Of a DNA stretch of 54,655 nt, positions 29,602-39,588 are shown in pieces (the stretch's first letter is position 1; each line of letters starts with the position of its first letter). The stretch comes from an uncultured bacterium. Lineage in GTDB: Bacteria > CAYUVA01. A program made the translations under genes and the position numbers. The notes beneath the pieces are model-generated. The model had not been told where the DNA came from. It worked only from the letters and a program-made list of their open reading frames with translations, and did not search any database. The DNA is taken from the NCBI GenBank assembly GCA_964448115.1, contig CAYUVA010000032.1, forward strand, positions 1 to 54,655, read 5' to 3'.

Positions 29602-29727
29602 GTTCTCCCCTTTGCTATTGACTATCGTATTAACACAAATATAGCATAAGCGATCATCGATTGGAAATGCAAGGCTATTTTTTTGCTAATTTGAAACGAT
29701 ACTAGCTAATGGTAAAATATCAATGTT

Positions 29728-30552
29728 ATGCCAGAGCTTCCCGAGATAGAGAACATCGTAAGATATCTCGATCCACTGCTTTACGATCGCAAGATCCTCA
29801 AGATTACGGTCAATCGTCCTGACATGATAAGGCAAGGCGCTGGATTGCTGATTGATCTGCCTCAAAGGCGCATCGAGTCGGTTAGGCGAAGAGGAAAGTA
29901 TGTGCTTATCAAGATCAGCGATGATACCTGGCTTATCTTCCATCTCGGGATGTCCGGACAGTTGACCCTGGATAAATTCGGACATCCGCCCAAAAAACAT
30001 ACCCATTTCGTGGTTTTGCTAGAGCCTGGCGACCTGGAGCTTCGACTTAGAGACCCACGCAGATTCGGGGGCATATATTTGTGTAAGGGATACAAGATAG
30101 ATGATCTGCAGCCATTAAGTAAACTGGGTTCGGAGCCCCTTAGCCTCTCCACCGAGCAGTTCCATGAACTCATAAACAAAAGCAATCGACAACTAAAGGC
30201 TCTATTGATGGACCAGGGAATAATAGCTGGGCTGGGGAATATCTATGTCAATGAGGCGTTACATCGCTGCCGATTACATCCACGCACCAGGTCGAGACGA
30301 TTGAATCACGAAAAGTCAGCGGCTCTGTTAGAAGCCATAAAAGAGGTCTTGAAAGAGTCGATAGCTTCGGGGGGATCATCTATTGCAGACTACATCAAGC
30401 CAGACGGGAGCCTGGGTGGATTCCAGGATAACTGGCGAGCACACAGCCGGGAGGGAAAGCCTTGTCCTGTATGTGGGCATATCATCGTGAAAACAAGATA
30501 TCATGGGCGAGGAACCTATATCTGCGAGCATTGCCAGAAGAAGGATGAATGA
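29728..30552 (+). CDS. mutM: Formamidopyrimidine-DNA glycosylase
   Basis: N-terminal PELPE, RRGKY, HLGMSG, DPRRFG, GLGNIY, C-terminal zinc finger. Confidence 0.96.
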   Translation: MPELPEIENIVRYLDPLLYDRKILKITVNRPDMIRQGAGLLIDLPQRRIESVRRRGKYVLIKISDDTWLIFHLGMSGQLTLDKFGHPPKKHTHFVVLLEPGDLELRLRDPRRFGGIYLCKGYKIDDLQPLSKLGSEPLSLSTEQFHELINKSNRQLKALLMDQGIIAGLGNIYVNEALHRCRLHPRTRSRRLNHEKSAALLEAIKEVLKESIASGGSSIADYIKPDGSLGGFQDNWRAHSREGKPCPVCGHIIVKTRYHGRGTYICEHCQKKDE

Positions 30553-31417
30553 AAATATAAATAAAAAAGGAAAGCTCTATGTAGTCGCCACCCCTATCGG
30601 CAATATGCAGGATATCACCCAAAGAGCCATCGATGTCTTGTCAAGGGTCGATCTTATTGCAGCCGAAGACACGCGAATATGCAAGAAGATGCTCAGCATC
30701 CTGGGGATAAGCGCCGAGGTGATCAGCTTCTTCGAGCATAACCAGCTTTCCCGCATCGATTACATCATGGATAGGCTTAAGATGGGTAAAGATGTTGCCC
30801 TGACCTGTGATGCGGGAACACCAGGCATCAGCGACCCCGGCTATTTATTAGCACGAGAGGCGAGGCTGGAAGGCTTTGAGATCATCCCAATCCCCGGCGC
30901 ATCAAGCATCACTGCCGCCCTTAGCGTCAGTGGCATTGACTGCAATCGATTCTCATTTTTAGGCTTCTTACCGGTAAAAAAGAAACAGAGGGAGGCAATA
31001 TACCAGCAGGTCGCTGAAAGCCAGCTCCCGACAGTACTTTTCATACCCCCACACGATTTTGCCAAGACCATCGAGGAGCTTGACGAGTATATGGAATCAC
31101 AGCGAGAGGTCTTCTACGCGCGAGAGTTGACCAAGCTGCACGAGGAGACAAGGCTCTCAAGCTTTGAGGAGCTTAAGGAGCTTACTAGAAAACCACCAAA
31201 AGGAGAGATAATCATAATAATTAGCGGCTGCCAGTCGGATAAAGAAACCAAGAGGGATAAACTGTTGCACCTAAGCACTGCCGAGCACCTGGTCAGCTTG
31301 AAAAAAAGGGAAAATCTGTCTATGAAGGAGGCTGTCAAACGGGTTGCTACTGCACGGGGATTACCCAGGAATGAGGTTTACCAGATCGCACTAAGCCTGG
31401 AGAGAAAGGATGACTAG
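30545..31417 (+). CDS. rsmI: 16S rRNA (cytidine1402-2'-O)-methyltransferase
   Basis: LYVVATPIGN, AAEDTR, DAGTPGISDPG, RELTKLHEE; ATG at 30545 preferred. Confidence 0.94.
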   Translation: MNENINKKGKLYVVATPIGNMQDITQRAIDVLSRVDLIAAEDTRICKKMLSILGISAEVISFFEHNQLSRIDYIMDRLKMGKDVALTCDAGTPGISDPGYLLAREARLEGFEIIPIPGASSITAALSVSGIDCNRFSFLGFLPVKKKQREAIYQQVAESQLPTVLFIPPHDFAKTIEELDEYMESQREVFYARELTKLHEETRLSSFEELKELTRKPPKGEIIIIISGCQSDKETKRDKLLHLSTAEHLVSLKKRENLSMKEAVKRVATARGLPRNEVYQIALSLERKDD

Positions 31418-32543
31418 CAAGGTTTATTATGCAGATGCAAGGGTTCGTAAATGGGATTACAAGTTCAGCCTCCCTGGTAAGTTGGATGCGCTGCTATATG
31501 AATATGACCTAAGCCGGCTTATGGAAAAAGGCGAATGGGTGGCGGTCAAGCTCCATTACGGCTCGGATGGCGCCTTTCGCACCATAAGACCGATCTTTAT
31601 CCGCAAGGTGATCGATGAGATCAAGCGTCTGGGTGGCAAGCCATTTCTGACCGATACTGTGCGTATAAAAGGACTTGAATACCTCGCGGTAGCGACAGAA
31701 AACGGCATAAATCAACTAAGCTGTGGAGCGCCATTGGTGCTAGCCGATGGGCTTTATGGCATGGACCAGGTCATGGTGCCGGTGCCTGGCGGGGTAGAGA
31801 TGCTAGAAGCCTCGGTTGCACGAGCTGTGGCTGAGACACCTTGCATGATAGTGCTTTCGCACTTCAAGGGTCATATCCAGTCCGGCTTCGGGGGAGCAAT
31901 CAAGAACATAGCAATGGGTTGCATCAGTGGAAGATGCGCCAAGGGCAAGCAACATAGAAGCGATCGCGGCGCCATGCATCAACTGCATGATGTTCACCTG
32001 ACATGGAACCAGGATCTCTGCGACTTCTGCGAGCAGTGTATCAATGTCTGCCCCTTGGAGTGCATTCGTTTCGAGTATGACAAGCTGATCATCGATGATG
32101 ATGATTGTTGGGCATGTGGGCGCTGCATGCGCGCTTGTCCGACCCAGGCATTGACCGCACCGTTTTCCTATGAGAAATTTCAGCGCTCCATGGCTGAAGG
32201 CGCCGCTGCCGTGCTATCGACCTTCAAGCCTGGAAAGGTCGGGTATCTTAATTTTATTATCGAGGTGCAGCCGGAGTGCGATTGTATGCCCGGCGCTGAT
32301 ACCCCGGTCGTGCAGGACCAGGGCATACTTGTGTCTGATGACCCGGTGGCAATCGACCAGGCATCGTGCGACCTGGTGAACAAGGCACCCCCCTTGCCAC
32401 AATCGCTAGCAGAGGACTTGGGAGTCAAGCCGGGAGATAAAATACTCGAAGAAATCAACAAACCAGTCGGTGAGCTTCAATTGATCGAGTCGGAGAAACT
32501 CGGCTTGGGAACCCGCAGTTACGAGCTGACCAGGATCGGCTGA
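31410..32543 (+). CDS. DUF362-family protein with two 4Fe-4S ferredoxin motifs
   Basis: VAVKLHYG, SHFKGH..GFGGAIKN, CDFCEQCINVCP and CWACGRCMRACP, ECDC, DPVAIDQAS. Confidence 0.85.
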   Translation: MTSKVYYADARVRKWDYKFSLPGKLDALLYEYDLSRLMEKGEWVAVKLHYGSDGAFRTIRPIFIRKVIDEIKRLGGKPFLTDTVRIKGLEYLAVATENGINQLSCGAPLVLADGLYGMDQVMVPVPGGVEMLEASVARAVAETPCMIVLSHFKGHIQSGFGGAIKNIAMGCISGRCAKGKQHRSDRGAMHQLHDVHLTWNQDLCDFCEQCINVCPLECIRFEYDKLIIDDDDCWACGRCMRACPTQALTAPFSYEKFQRSMAEGAAAVLSTFKPGKVGYLNFIIEVQPECDCMPGADTPVVQDQGILVSDDPVAIDQASCDLVNKAPPLPQSLAEDLGVKPGDKILEEINKPVGELQLIESEKLGLGTRSYELTRIG

Positions 32544-32707
32544 TCCTCCCTAAGGACTAAAGTCTAGAGTCTGGGGGCAAAAATGTCATTACTTGTGAGC
32601 CTTGCGCAAGCCAGTGGCTAACGAGGCATAAAACAAGCAATTGACTTGATATTTCCGGCTCCTTTATTCCTATTTGATAAAAGGGTCATTCTCTATAATG
32701 ATATTCC

Positions 32708-35700
32708 ATGGATATGCTAACAAGGGATAACAGCATAGCAGGTTGTATTTATACTTTTTATATGCCGATTCAAATGGCACTTTTATTCATCATCTGTTCG
32801 CAGTGCTGGTGCTGGGTGGCGGATGACGGGTATGGCAACGAGAGTTTGAATGCAGGTTACATCTGCAAATCGCAATTTGTTCCCGGCGAGATCCTGATCA
32901 AGCTAAAGCCTGGCAGGTACATGCTAAGCGACGAGGATAGGCTCTATATCGATGGATGCGATGTTAGCGAGATCATCTGGCACGATGAGATAAAGCTTAT
33001 CAAGCCAATCGCCCCGAGACAGTTGGCTGATAAAGTCCCCCCATTAAGGGATGTTCTCAAGATGGTCGCTCCAAAGCTCAGCAAAGCCCAACTGCTCGAG
33101 TGCTGTGATATTTTATCTTCAAACCCTGGCGTAAAGTACGCTGCTCCAAACAAGATCTATTACTTCGACTTCACTCCCGATGATCCGTTGTTCAAGGAGC
33201 AATATTCGCTCAGGAACACCGGGCAAGGTGGTGGCATCACCGGCGCCGATATCGATGCGCTTCGAGCCTGGGATCTACAGCAAGGGGCTGGGGATGTCAT
33301 CGTCGGAGTGATCGACACCGGTATAGATCTCGATCATCCCGACCTTTGGCAGAAGATCTGGGTGAACCGCTTCGAGGTAGCCTTCAACGGCATAGATGAT
33401 GACAACAATGGCTTCATAGATGACATTGTGGGCTGGGACTTTGCCAACGAGGATCCTTACCCGGTAGATGACTTCGGTCATGGAACCCATGTAGCAGGCA
33501 TCATCGGTGCGGTGGGGAATAATGGCGAGGGCATTGCTGGGGTCGATTTCAACTGTCGGCTCATGGCGGTCAAGATCGGCAGTATCTACGGTCTTCACGA
33601 GGACGATGCCGCGTTGGGACTAGCCTATGCAGCCGCGATGGGGGCTAAAATCCTCAACAATAGCTGGGGGGGCTACATCCCATCAGAGCTTATCAACCAG
33701 GTCATCCAGTATGTTGAGCATCTTGGATGCCTGGTGGTAGCGGCGGCGGGCAATGATGACACCGACTGGCCTCACTATCCCGGTTACCTGGAGCAGGTGC
33801 TCTGTGTTGCATCGGTAGATAGCCGCCAGCAACGTTCAATCTGGCGCCTGCCGTTCGCATCGAGCTACGGAGACTGGGTCGATATCAACGCATTCGGCAG
33901 CGAGATAATAAGCTGCTTTCCAGATAATGGCTATGCAAAAAAGAGCGGCACCTCGATGGCTACGCCGATGGTTAGCGGCGTGGCGGCATTGACGCTCGCC
34001 TCCTATCCGAACCTCCCCGCCCGGCAGCTCAAGGCAAGGTTGATCGCCACCGCGGACAATATCGATACTTATGACCCCGACTTTGCCAATAAGCTAGGAG
34101 CAGGCAGGGTGAATGCTTATCGGGCGATCAGCGAAAGACCTCATCCAATGCTCATCATAGGCCAGGTTGACTGCCATGACCATAAGGGCAACCAGGACGG
34201 GAGGCTGGAGCCTTCGGAGAAGGCAGCCATCAGGCTGTCGCTTCAGAATGTCTGGGTGGATTCGCCAGCCTGCACGGCAACCATTCATACCGATAATCGC
34301 TTCGTCAAGGTAACCAAAAGGGGAGTAAACCTTGCCCCGCTATCCCAAGATAATCTGGTCGAAATGCAGGATTTCTTCGAGATCGAACTAAGCGCTATAT
34401 GCCCGATAGATCAAAGGGTACAGTTCGATGTTAACTTCAGCTACCAGGGCGATTATCCGATGACAAGGGATCACTTTTTCTTGACCCTTTTCAGCCCGAT
34501 TATGCCTGAGAGGGGGTTCCCGTTCACGATAGCTGAAAATATCACAACCGATCCTTGTTTTGCCGATCTTGACGGAGACGAGGAGCTGGAGATCATCTTT
34601 GGAACCGGCCAGGGGAGGCTCTATGCGTTGGATCATCATGGCGAGCCGGTGCACGGCTTTCCCATAAAGCCGTGCAATGGGATTCTAGCCAATCCGGCCG
34701 CCGCTGATATCGACAACGATAGCAATATCGAGATAGTTGTCTCCACGGTTAGTCAAGGTGTCATGGTTATCGACCATAAGGGCAACCTGCTCCCCAACTG
34801 GCCGGCTAGCAGCGGTGGACATGGTTCGCCATCAGCCCCTGCTCTGGCTGACATAGATGGCGATGGTTGCCTCGATATCATCGATACCGCCTGGGATGGG
34901 GTGATCAATGCCTGGGATCACAAGGCAAGACCGCTGCCAGGCTTTCCAATCCGACTGGAGAATTCAGGGGGCATGAACACCTCGCCAGGGGTGGGGGACC
35001 TGGATGGAGATGGCTTAATGGATATCATCGTTCCCACCAAGTCAGGCAGCCTGCATGTCATCGATGCTTATGGCAGGCAACTCAACGGATTTCCGCTTGA
35101 TCTCGGTATCGGTTTGACTTCCGCTCCAGCGGCGGGTGATATGGATAAAGACGGTGACCTTGAGATAGTCCTCGGCGGTCAGGACGGCAAGCTTTACATA
35201 ATAAATCACGATGGCTCATTTATGCATCCCTACCCGGTGGAGACTCTTGGTTCCTTTACATCATCGCCAGCGCTGGGAGACCTCGATGCCGATGGGATGC
35301 TCGATGTGGTCATCGGCTCCGAGGATGGATTCCTGTATGCCTTCAACTGGCGGGGAGAAGCGCTGGACGGCTTCCCGGTCAACTTCAAGCAGGGCATAGT
35401 ATCATCGCCGCTTATTGCAGATGTCAACGGAAATGGCTTCCTGGAGGTGATTATTACCATTGGCAATCATCTTTTCATCCTGGATTGCACCGGCAAATCG
35501 ATTGCCGGCAGCCCATTGAATCTTCACCAGCCATCTACTGCAACGCCGGCGATTGCCGATATGGATGGCGATGGGAGGCTGGAGATCGGGATAACGGTCA
35601 ACAACCGCAAGTTATCCCTGTTCGACCTGTTCAGCCTGCCAAGAGCCAAGCAGGTGCCCTGGGGCGCGTATCATAAGGATAACCTGCGCTGCGGATTCAT

Positions 35701-36439
35701 CGATGATGGGCGCAGTCAGAGACCAAAGATCCTAATGGGAGGTGCGCTAGTCGAATCGACCGATCAGAAAAAAGGAGAGGTAAAGGTCCGCCTTATCGCA
35801 CTGGTCAGGGATGCGGATAACGATGTCAATGTTGTAAAGGTTTACTTCAAGGGAGAGCTGATCGCCGAGATGAACAAAGAAAAGGCTATCCCCGACCAGC
35901 ACAACCATGACCTATGGTTCAGCGAACAGGTAACCTTGGATGATGAATCGATACTCACTTATCATCCAGAGATGATCGCCCGCGATGAAAAGGGAAACCG
36001 CAGCCATTGCTACCCATATCTAACCATCACTCCCTGGGATAAGCCGGATAGTTACAATGATGATACAGCTTCAAGCTGGGAGGCTAATTATCTAAACACC
36101 CAGGCAGGCACCATCTTAGCGCCAAGGATTATCATCGCCGGCTTTTGGGATGCAGGATTTACCACCCTAAGCAGCGGATACCTTCGTATATATGCCCTGG
36201 TGCTATTTGGCGATGAAGTTACCGGTGGTGAGGTCGAGCTATTCTGCCTCGGCTTGCCGACTGGCATAAAGCTCGAAAGGATAGCCTCCCTCCCCATTGA
36301 GGGCGCGGAACTGCAATTTTACGAGTACAAGGCATACATAACCCCCCAGATGGTTGCCAAGGGGAGCTATCAATTCATGCTCATCGCCTCTGATGAAAGC
36401 GGCTCAAGAAGCGCGCCCTGGCCTTACATTCAGCGATGA
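32708..36439 (+). CDS. Secreted S8 (subtilisin-like) serine peptidase with FG-GAP/VCBS repeats and two C-terminal domains
   Basis: Catalytic triad VIDTG, GHGTHVAG, SGTSMATP; repeated PA.(A/G)D.D.DG..(E/D)I units; start uncertain. Confidence 0.9.
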   Translation: MDMLTRDNSIAGCIYTFYMPIQMALLFIICSQCWCWVADDGYGNESLNAGYICKSQFVPGEILIKLKPGRYMLSDEDRLYIDGCDVSEIIWHDEIKLIKPIAPRQLADKVPPLRDVLKMVAPKLSKAQLLECCDILSSNPGVKYAAPNKIYYFDFTPDDPLFKEQYSLRNTGQGGGITGADIDALRAWDLQQGAGDVIVGVIDTGIDLDHPDLWQKIWVNRFEVAFNGIDDDNNGFIDDIVGWDFANEDPYPVDDFGHGTHVAGIIGAVGNNGEGIAGVDFNCRLMAVKIGSIYGLHEDDAALGLAYAAAMGAKILNNSWGGYIPSELINQVIQYVEHLGCLVVAAAGNDDTDWPHYPGYLEQVLCVASVDSRQQRSIWRLPFASSYGDWVDINAFGSEIISCFPDNGYAKKSGTSMATPMVSGVAALTLASYPNLPARQLKARLIATADNIDTYDPDFANKLGAGRVNAYRAISERPHPMLIIGQVDCHDHKGNQDGRLEPSEKAAIRLSLQNVWVDSPACTATIHTDNRFVKVTKRGVNLAPLSQDNLVEMQDFFEIELSAICPIDQRVQFDVNFSYQGDYPMTRDHFFLTLFSPIMPERGFPFTIAENITTDPCFADLDGDEELEIIFGTGQGRLYALDHHGEPVHGFPIKPCNGILANPAAADIDNDSNIEIVVSTVSQGVMVIDHKGNLLPNWPASSGGHGSPSAPALADIDGDGCLDIIDTAWDGVINAWDHKARPLPGFPIRLENSGGMNTSPGVGDLDGDGLMDIIVPTKSGSLHVIDAYGRQLNGFPLDLGIGLTSAPAAGDMDKDGDLEIVLGGQDGKLYIINHDGSFMHPYPVETLGSFTSSPALGDLDADGMLDVVIGSEDGFLYAFNWRGEALDGFPVNFKQGIVSSPLIADVNGNGFLEVIITIGNHLFILDCTGKSIAGSPLNLHQPSTATPAIADMDGDGRLEIGITVNNRKLSLFDLFSLPRAKQVPWGAYHKDNLRCGFIDDGRSQRPKILMGGALVESTDQKKGEVKVRLIALVRDADNDVNVVKVYFKGELIAEMNKEKAIPDQHNHDLWFSEQVTLDDESILTYHPEMIARDEKGNRSHCYPYLTITPWDKPDSYNDDTASSWEANYLNTQAGTILAPRIIIAGFWDAGFTTLSSGYLRIYALVLFGDEVTGGEVELFCLGLPTGIKLERIASLPIEGAELQFYEYKAYITPQMVAKGSYQFMLIASDESGSRSAPWPYIQR

Positions 36440-36474
36440 AGATGCTATTATCCTGATCGGGGTGCTAGCGAGCA

Positions 36475-37971
36475 TTGAATAACAATATAAAGAAAGACCT
36501 GCATGGACGAGGAGAGCAACCTATCTCCGACCAGGCGGTCAAGCTCGGCAAGGAGGCGCTTGTCAACCTGTTTGCCATCTCGGCGAGCACCTTCATTGCC
36601 CGAATATTCACCTTCGTAGCCAATGTTTACATAGTCAGGCATTTCTCACAGGTTGACTACGGCTTGTACTCCTTTGCCCGGGCTATCGGCATGTACCTGG
36701 TCATCATATCAGCCTTCGGCTTGCCGGGGGTGATGCTTCGGGAGATCGTCAAGGCACGGCACAAGGCTAGCGAGATCATTAGCAGCGCATTTATCATAAG
36801 GATAACCCTGTCCATCATCCTAGCTGGGTTGTGCATCATCAGCTTGCAGGTCTTTCAAGGCGATGAGTATAAAAGGCTGCTTTACAACCTGGTCTTCATA
36901 GCCACCTTGGTTCTTGGCTTAAACATCTTCGAGCCGGTGTTCGATGCCTTCAACAAGCAGCGATACGATTCGATCATCGTCTGCATCCAGTCGTTTCTAT
37001 ATACAGGCATGGTTTTTCTTGTATTTTATGTTCTCGATGTGCGGTCGATAATATGGCTGCCGGTGATAAATATATTGCTAGGCATCACTATTCTTGTTCT
37101 AGGCTTGGCATTCTTCAACCTGAAAGTTCAGCCTTTGAAGCCCCGATTTTCCCCATCGGAGATCAAGCGCCTTTTTAGGCTTTCTTTACCTATATTTCTT
37201 GCCCGCGGGCTGGTGCAGTTATACGAGAATATCGATATCGTGCTGATTGGCATCCTGGTAAGCAAGGTGGATGTTTCCATCTACCAGGCTTCGTATAATG
37301 TCTATGGCTTCACCCTTATCGTGATCACCATGCTGCAAAGGATATTCACCCCGCTTATCACCGAGGCGCTCGGGGATGAAGATCGATTGCCCAAGCGGAT
37401 CGTCTTCTTTATCAAGACCAAGGCGATGATTGGGATACCGCTGACCATTGGCGGCTTCATGCTCGCCGACGAGATCATGCTATTTCTATACCAGCAACGA
37501 TATCTGCCTAGCGCCGCGCCGCTAAGGCTGCTCATCCTGCAATGCACAATAGTTGGAGTCGGCAATATCTATGGCATGTTGCTGTTTGCCATGACCAAGC
37601 AACGGGAATATACGTTGAGCATCGCTGCCGGCAGCGTGGTCAATGTAGCCTTGAACCTGATACTGATACCGACTTACAGTTACATGGGAGCGGCACTTGC
37701 CACAATAATAGCCCAGACAGTGGTGGTAGTCATTAGCAGGGGTTATCTTTCTGGTGAGCTTAAGGTACCGCTCCTTGCAAACATGGGACGCATAGTGGCT
37801 GCCAACCTGGTGATGCTAGGCGCACTGATCTTTATGCAGCACCTCACGCTTCACCTGTTGGTGAAGATCGCATTGGCAGCGGTTATTTACCTTGTTTTCC
37901 TGGTCATATTCAAATCAGCAAGTAGAGAGGAAACAGCGAGATTGTTGGCTAGCATGGGCATAAAAAAATGA
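36475..37971 (+). CDS. Wzx-type oligosaccharide flippase
   Basis: About 14 TMs, DYGLYS, NLILIP.YSYMGAALAT. Confidence 0.85.
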   Translation: MNNNIKKDLHGRGEQPISDQAVKLGKEALVNLFAISASTFIARIFTFVANVYIVRHFSQVDYGLYSFARAIGMYLVIISAFGLPGVMLREIVKARHKASEIISSAFIIRITLSIILAGLCIISLQVFQGDEYKRLLYNLVFIATLVLGLNIFEPVFDAFNKQRYDSIIVCIQSFLYTGMVFLVFYVLDVRSIIWLPVINILLGITILVLGLAFFNLKVQPLKPRFSPSEIKRLFRLSLPIFLARGLVQLYENIDIVLIGILVSKVDVSIYQASYNVYGFTLIVITMLQRIFTPLITEALGDEDRLPKRIVFFIKTKAMIGIPLTIGGFMLADEIMLFLYQQRYLPSAAPLRLLILQCTIVGVGNIYGMLLFAMTKQREYTLSIAAGSVVNVALNLILIPTYSYMGAALATIIAQTVVVVISRGYLSGELKVPLLANMGRIVAANLVMLGALIFMQHLTLHLLVKIALAAVIYLVFLVIFKSASREETARLLASMGIKK

Positions 37972-39431
37972 AAGATATCCTGGTCATCTCGGAGCACCTC
38001 GAATTCTTCGATGCCTTATTCAAGGCACTGAAAGGGGAATATTTACCCTACTTCATAGCCCTTACTCCTATTCACGCGAAACAGATAGCCGGACTTGGTT
38101 ACCAGTCGATCGACATCAGTGAGTATTTGGCTGAAAACTCCTTACAAGAGAATGAAACTTATATTAACGATTCCAGGGTCGCCCAACAGCTACTCTTCGA
38201 CCGAAGAATCCTCGAGCTTAGGGGATACGGGGACCGTGAGGCAGACCTGGTCAAGCTATTTTTTTGCTATCAACAAGCATTTGCAGAGATCTTCAAGAGA
38301 TTCCGCATCGACGGGCTGGCAACCTGGAACAAGGCTTATGCGGTCGCCAGGGCTGCCCACGAGAGCGCAAGACAGCAGGGGATACCCACAATTGTCTTGG
38401 AGCGCGGGCTGTTTAGACCATACACGATCACAATGGATCCAAAGGGCGTCAACTATGAGAATTCGGTGCCTCGAGAAGCAGATTTCTACAGGAAGCTCGA
38501 TCAAGACGAGCTAGAAGAAAGGAAAAGGCTCTTCAACGGTTTCATCAAGTTGCTTGAGAAAAAACACGAGTTTATCCCCAAGCAAGATCCGCCCTCGGCA
38601 AGCGGAATCCCTATCTTTATGAAAAACCTGACCATGCTGGCAAAAAAGAGAGCCTATTTTTATCTGCACCGGAAAAAGAGGCTCGACCTGGTCTATTTCC
38701 TCCAGGTGCAAACCACGGGCAACTACATTAAAACAAAGGCTAGGAGCATCGCATCAAGAAGGCTCAAAATAAAAAGAAAAACCGAATCACAGCCACAAGG
38801 GTTGTCCAAGCCCTACATATTCATCCCCTTCCAGGTGCACGATGACACCCAGATGCTCTGCTTTTCGCCTAATATCAGCAACATGGGAGAGCTGGTGCGC
38901 AGGGTCAAGGAGGGATTTCTTGGATACAAGGCATTGATTACCCGATCCAAGGCTAAAACTAGTGATCTGTCCCTGCTCGATGCCAGGCTGGTCTTCAAGG
39001 AACACCCCGCTGACAAGGGCAGGATAGACTACCGCGAGTTAAGGTACATCTACCAGGACGATCCCCTGGTAAACATCATATCCACCGGAGATACACAAAG
39101 GCTAATAAGGGAAGCCCAACTGGTCATCACCATCAACTCGACGGTGGGTCTGGAGGCACTACAGGCAGGCAAGAAAGTGATAACACTGGGACAAGCGTTC
39201 TTCAATATAGATGGTATCGTCCACCACTGCCCGGAGCCATCGCATCTGCCGAGAATCATACATGAAGCCATTCAAACGCCGATAGACCGGGATCTAAGGG
39301 TAAACTTCCTCGACTACCTCAAGTTCATCTATCAGGTGCCCGGCTCGTTCATAGCGCCAGATGAGCAGACCCTGAGCCTGGTCGCTGAACGATTCAAGGA
39401 GATGATGGGAGAAAATAGACATGAGGCTTGA
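37968..39431 (+). CDS. KpsS/Capsule_synth-like protein
   Basis: LERGLFRP.TITMDPKGVN, PFQVHDDTQ, FKEHP, TINSTVGLEAL, LGQAFF. Confidence 0.75.
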   Translation: MKDILVISEHLEFFDALFKALKGEYLPYFIALTPIHAKQIAGLGYQSIDISEYLAENSLQENETYINDSRVAQQLLFDRRILELRGYGDREADLVKLFFCYQQAFAEIFKRFRIDGLATWNKAYAVARAAHESARQQGIPTIVLERGLFRPYTITMDPKGVNYENSVPREADFYRKLDQDELEERKRLFNGFIKLLEKKHEFIPKQDPPSASGIPIFMKNLTMLAKKRAYFYLHRKKRLDLVYFLQVQTTGNYIKTKARSIASRRLKIKRKTESQPQGLSKPYIFIPFQVHDDTQMLCFSPNISNMGELVRRVKEGFLGYKALITRSKAKTSDLSLLDARLVFKEHPADKGRIDYRELRYIYQDDPLVNIISTGDTQRLIREAQLVITINSTVGLEALQAGKKVITLGQAFFNIDGIVHHCPEPSHLPRIIHEAIQTPIDRDLRVNFLDYLKFIYQVPGSFIAPDEQTLSLVAERFKEMMGENRHEA

Positions 39432-39588
39432 GGCTTGAGATCCAAGGGCGGACATCCACTCCAAGCCACGAAGGGGTCAAACAAATCCTATGTCATGAGA
39501 AACGAAGTCCCGATTTCGTTTCGAGATTGCATAAGATGCTGGAATTCGGTTGCTTAAATGATTACCATTATACTAGAGTCTAAAGACT

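Noticed and set aside
29602-29727. Moco/Wco riboswitch or ModE-type box upstream of aor
   Set aside because: The gap is short and shared with the divergent mutM; only a weak ATCG...CGAT symmetry with non-matching spacing
39421-39522. Short GAGGCTT tandem and GAAACGAA/TTCGTTTC hairpin between the KpsS-like gene and lptFG
   Set aside because: Too short, no U-tract and no second copy in the window, so no function can be supported
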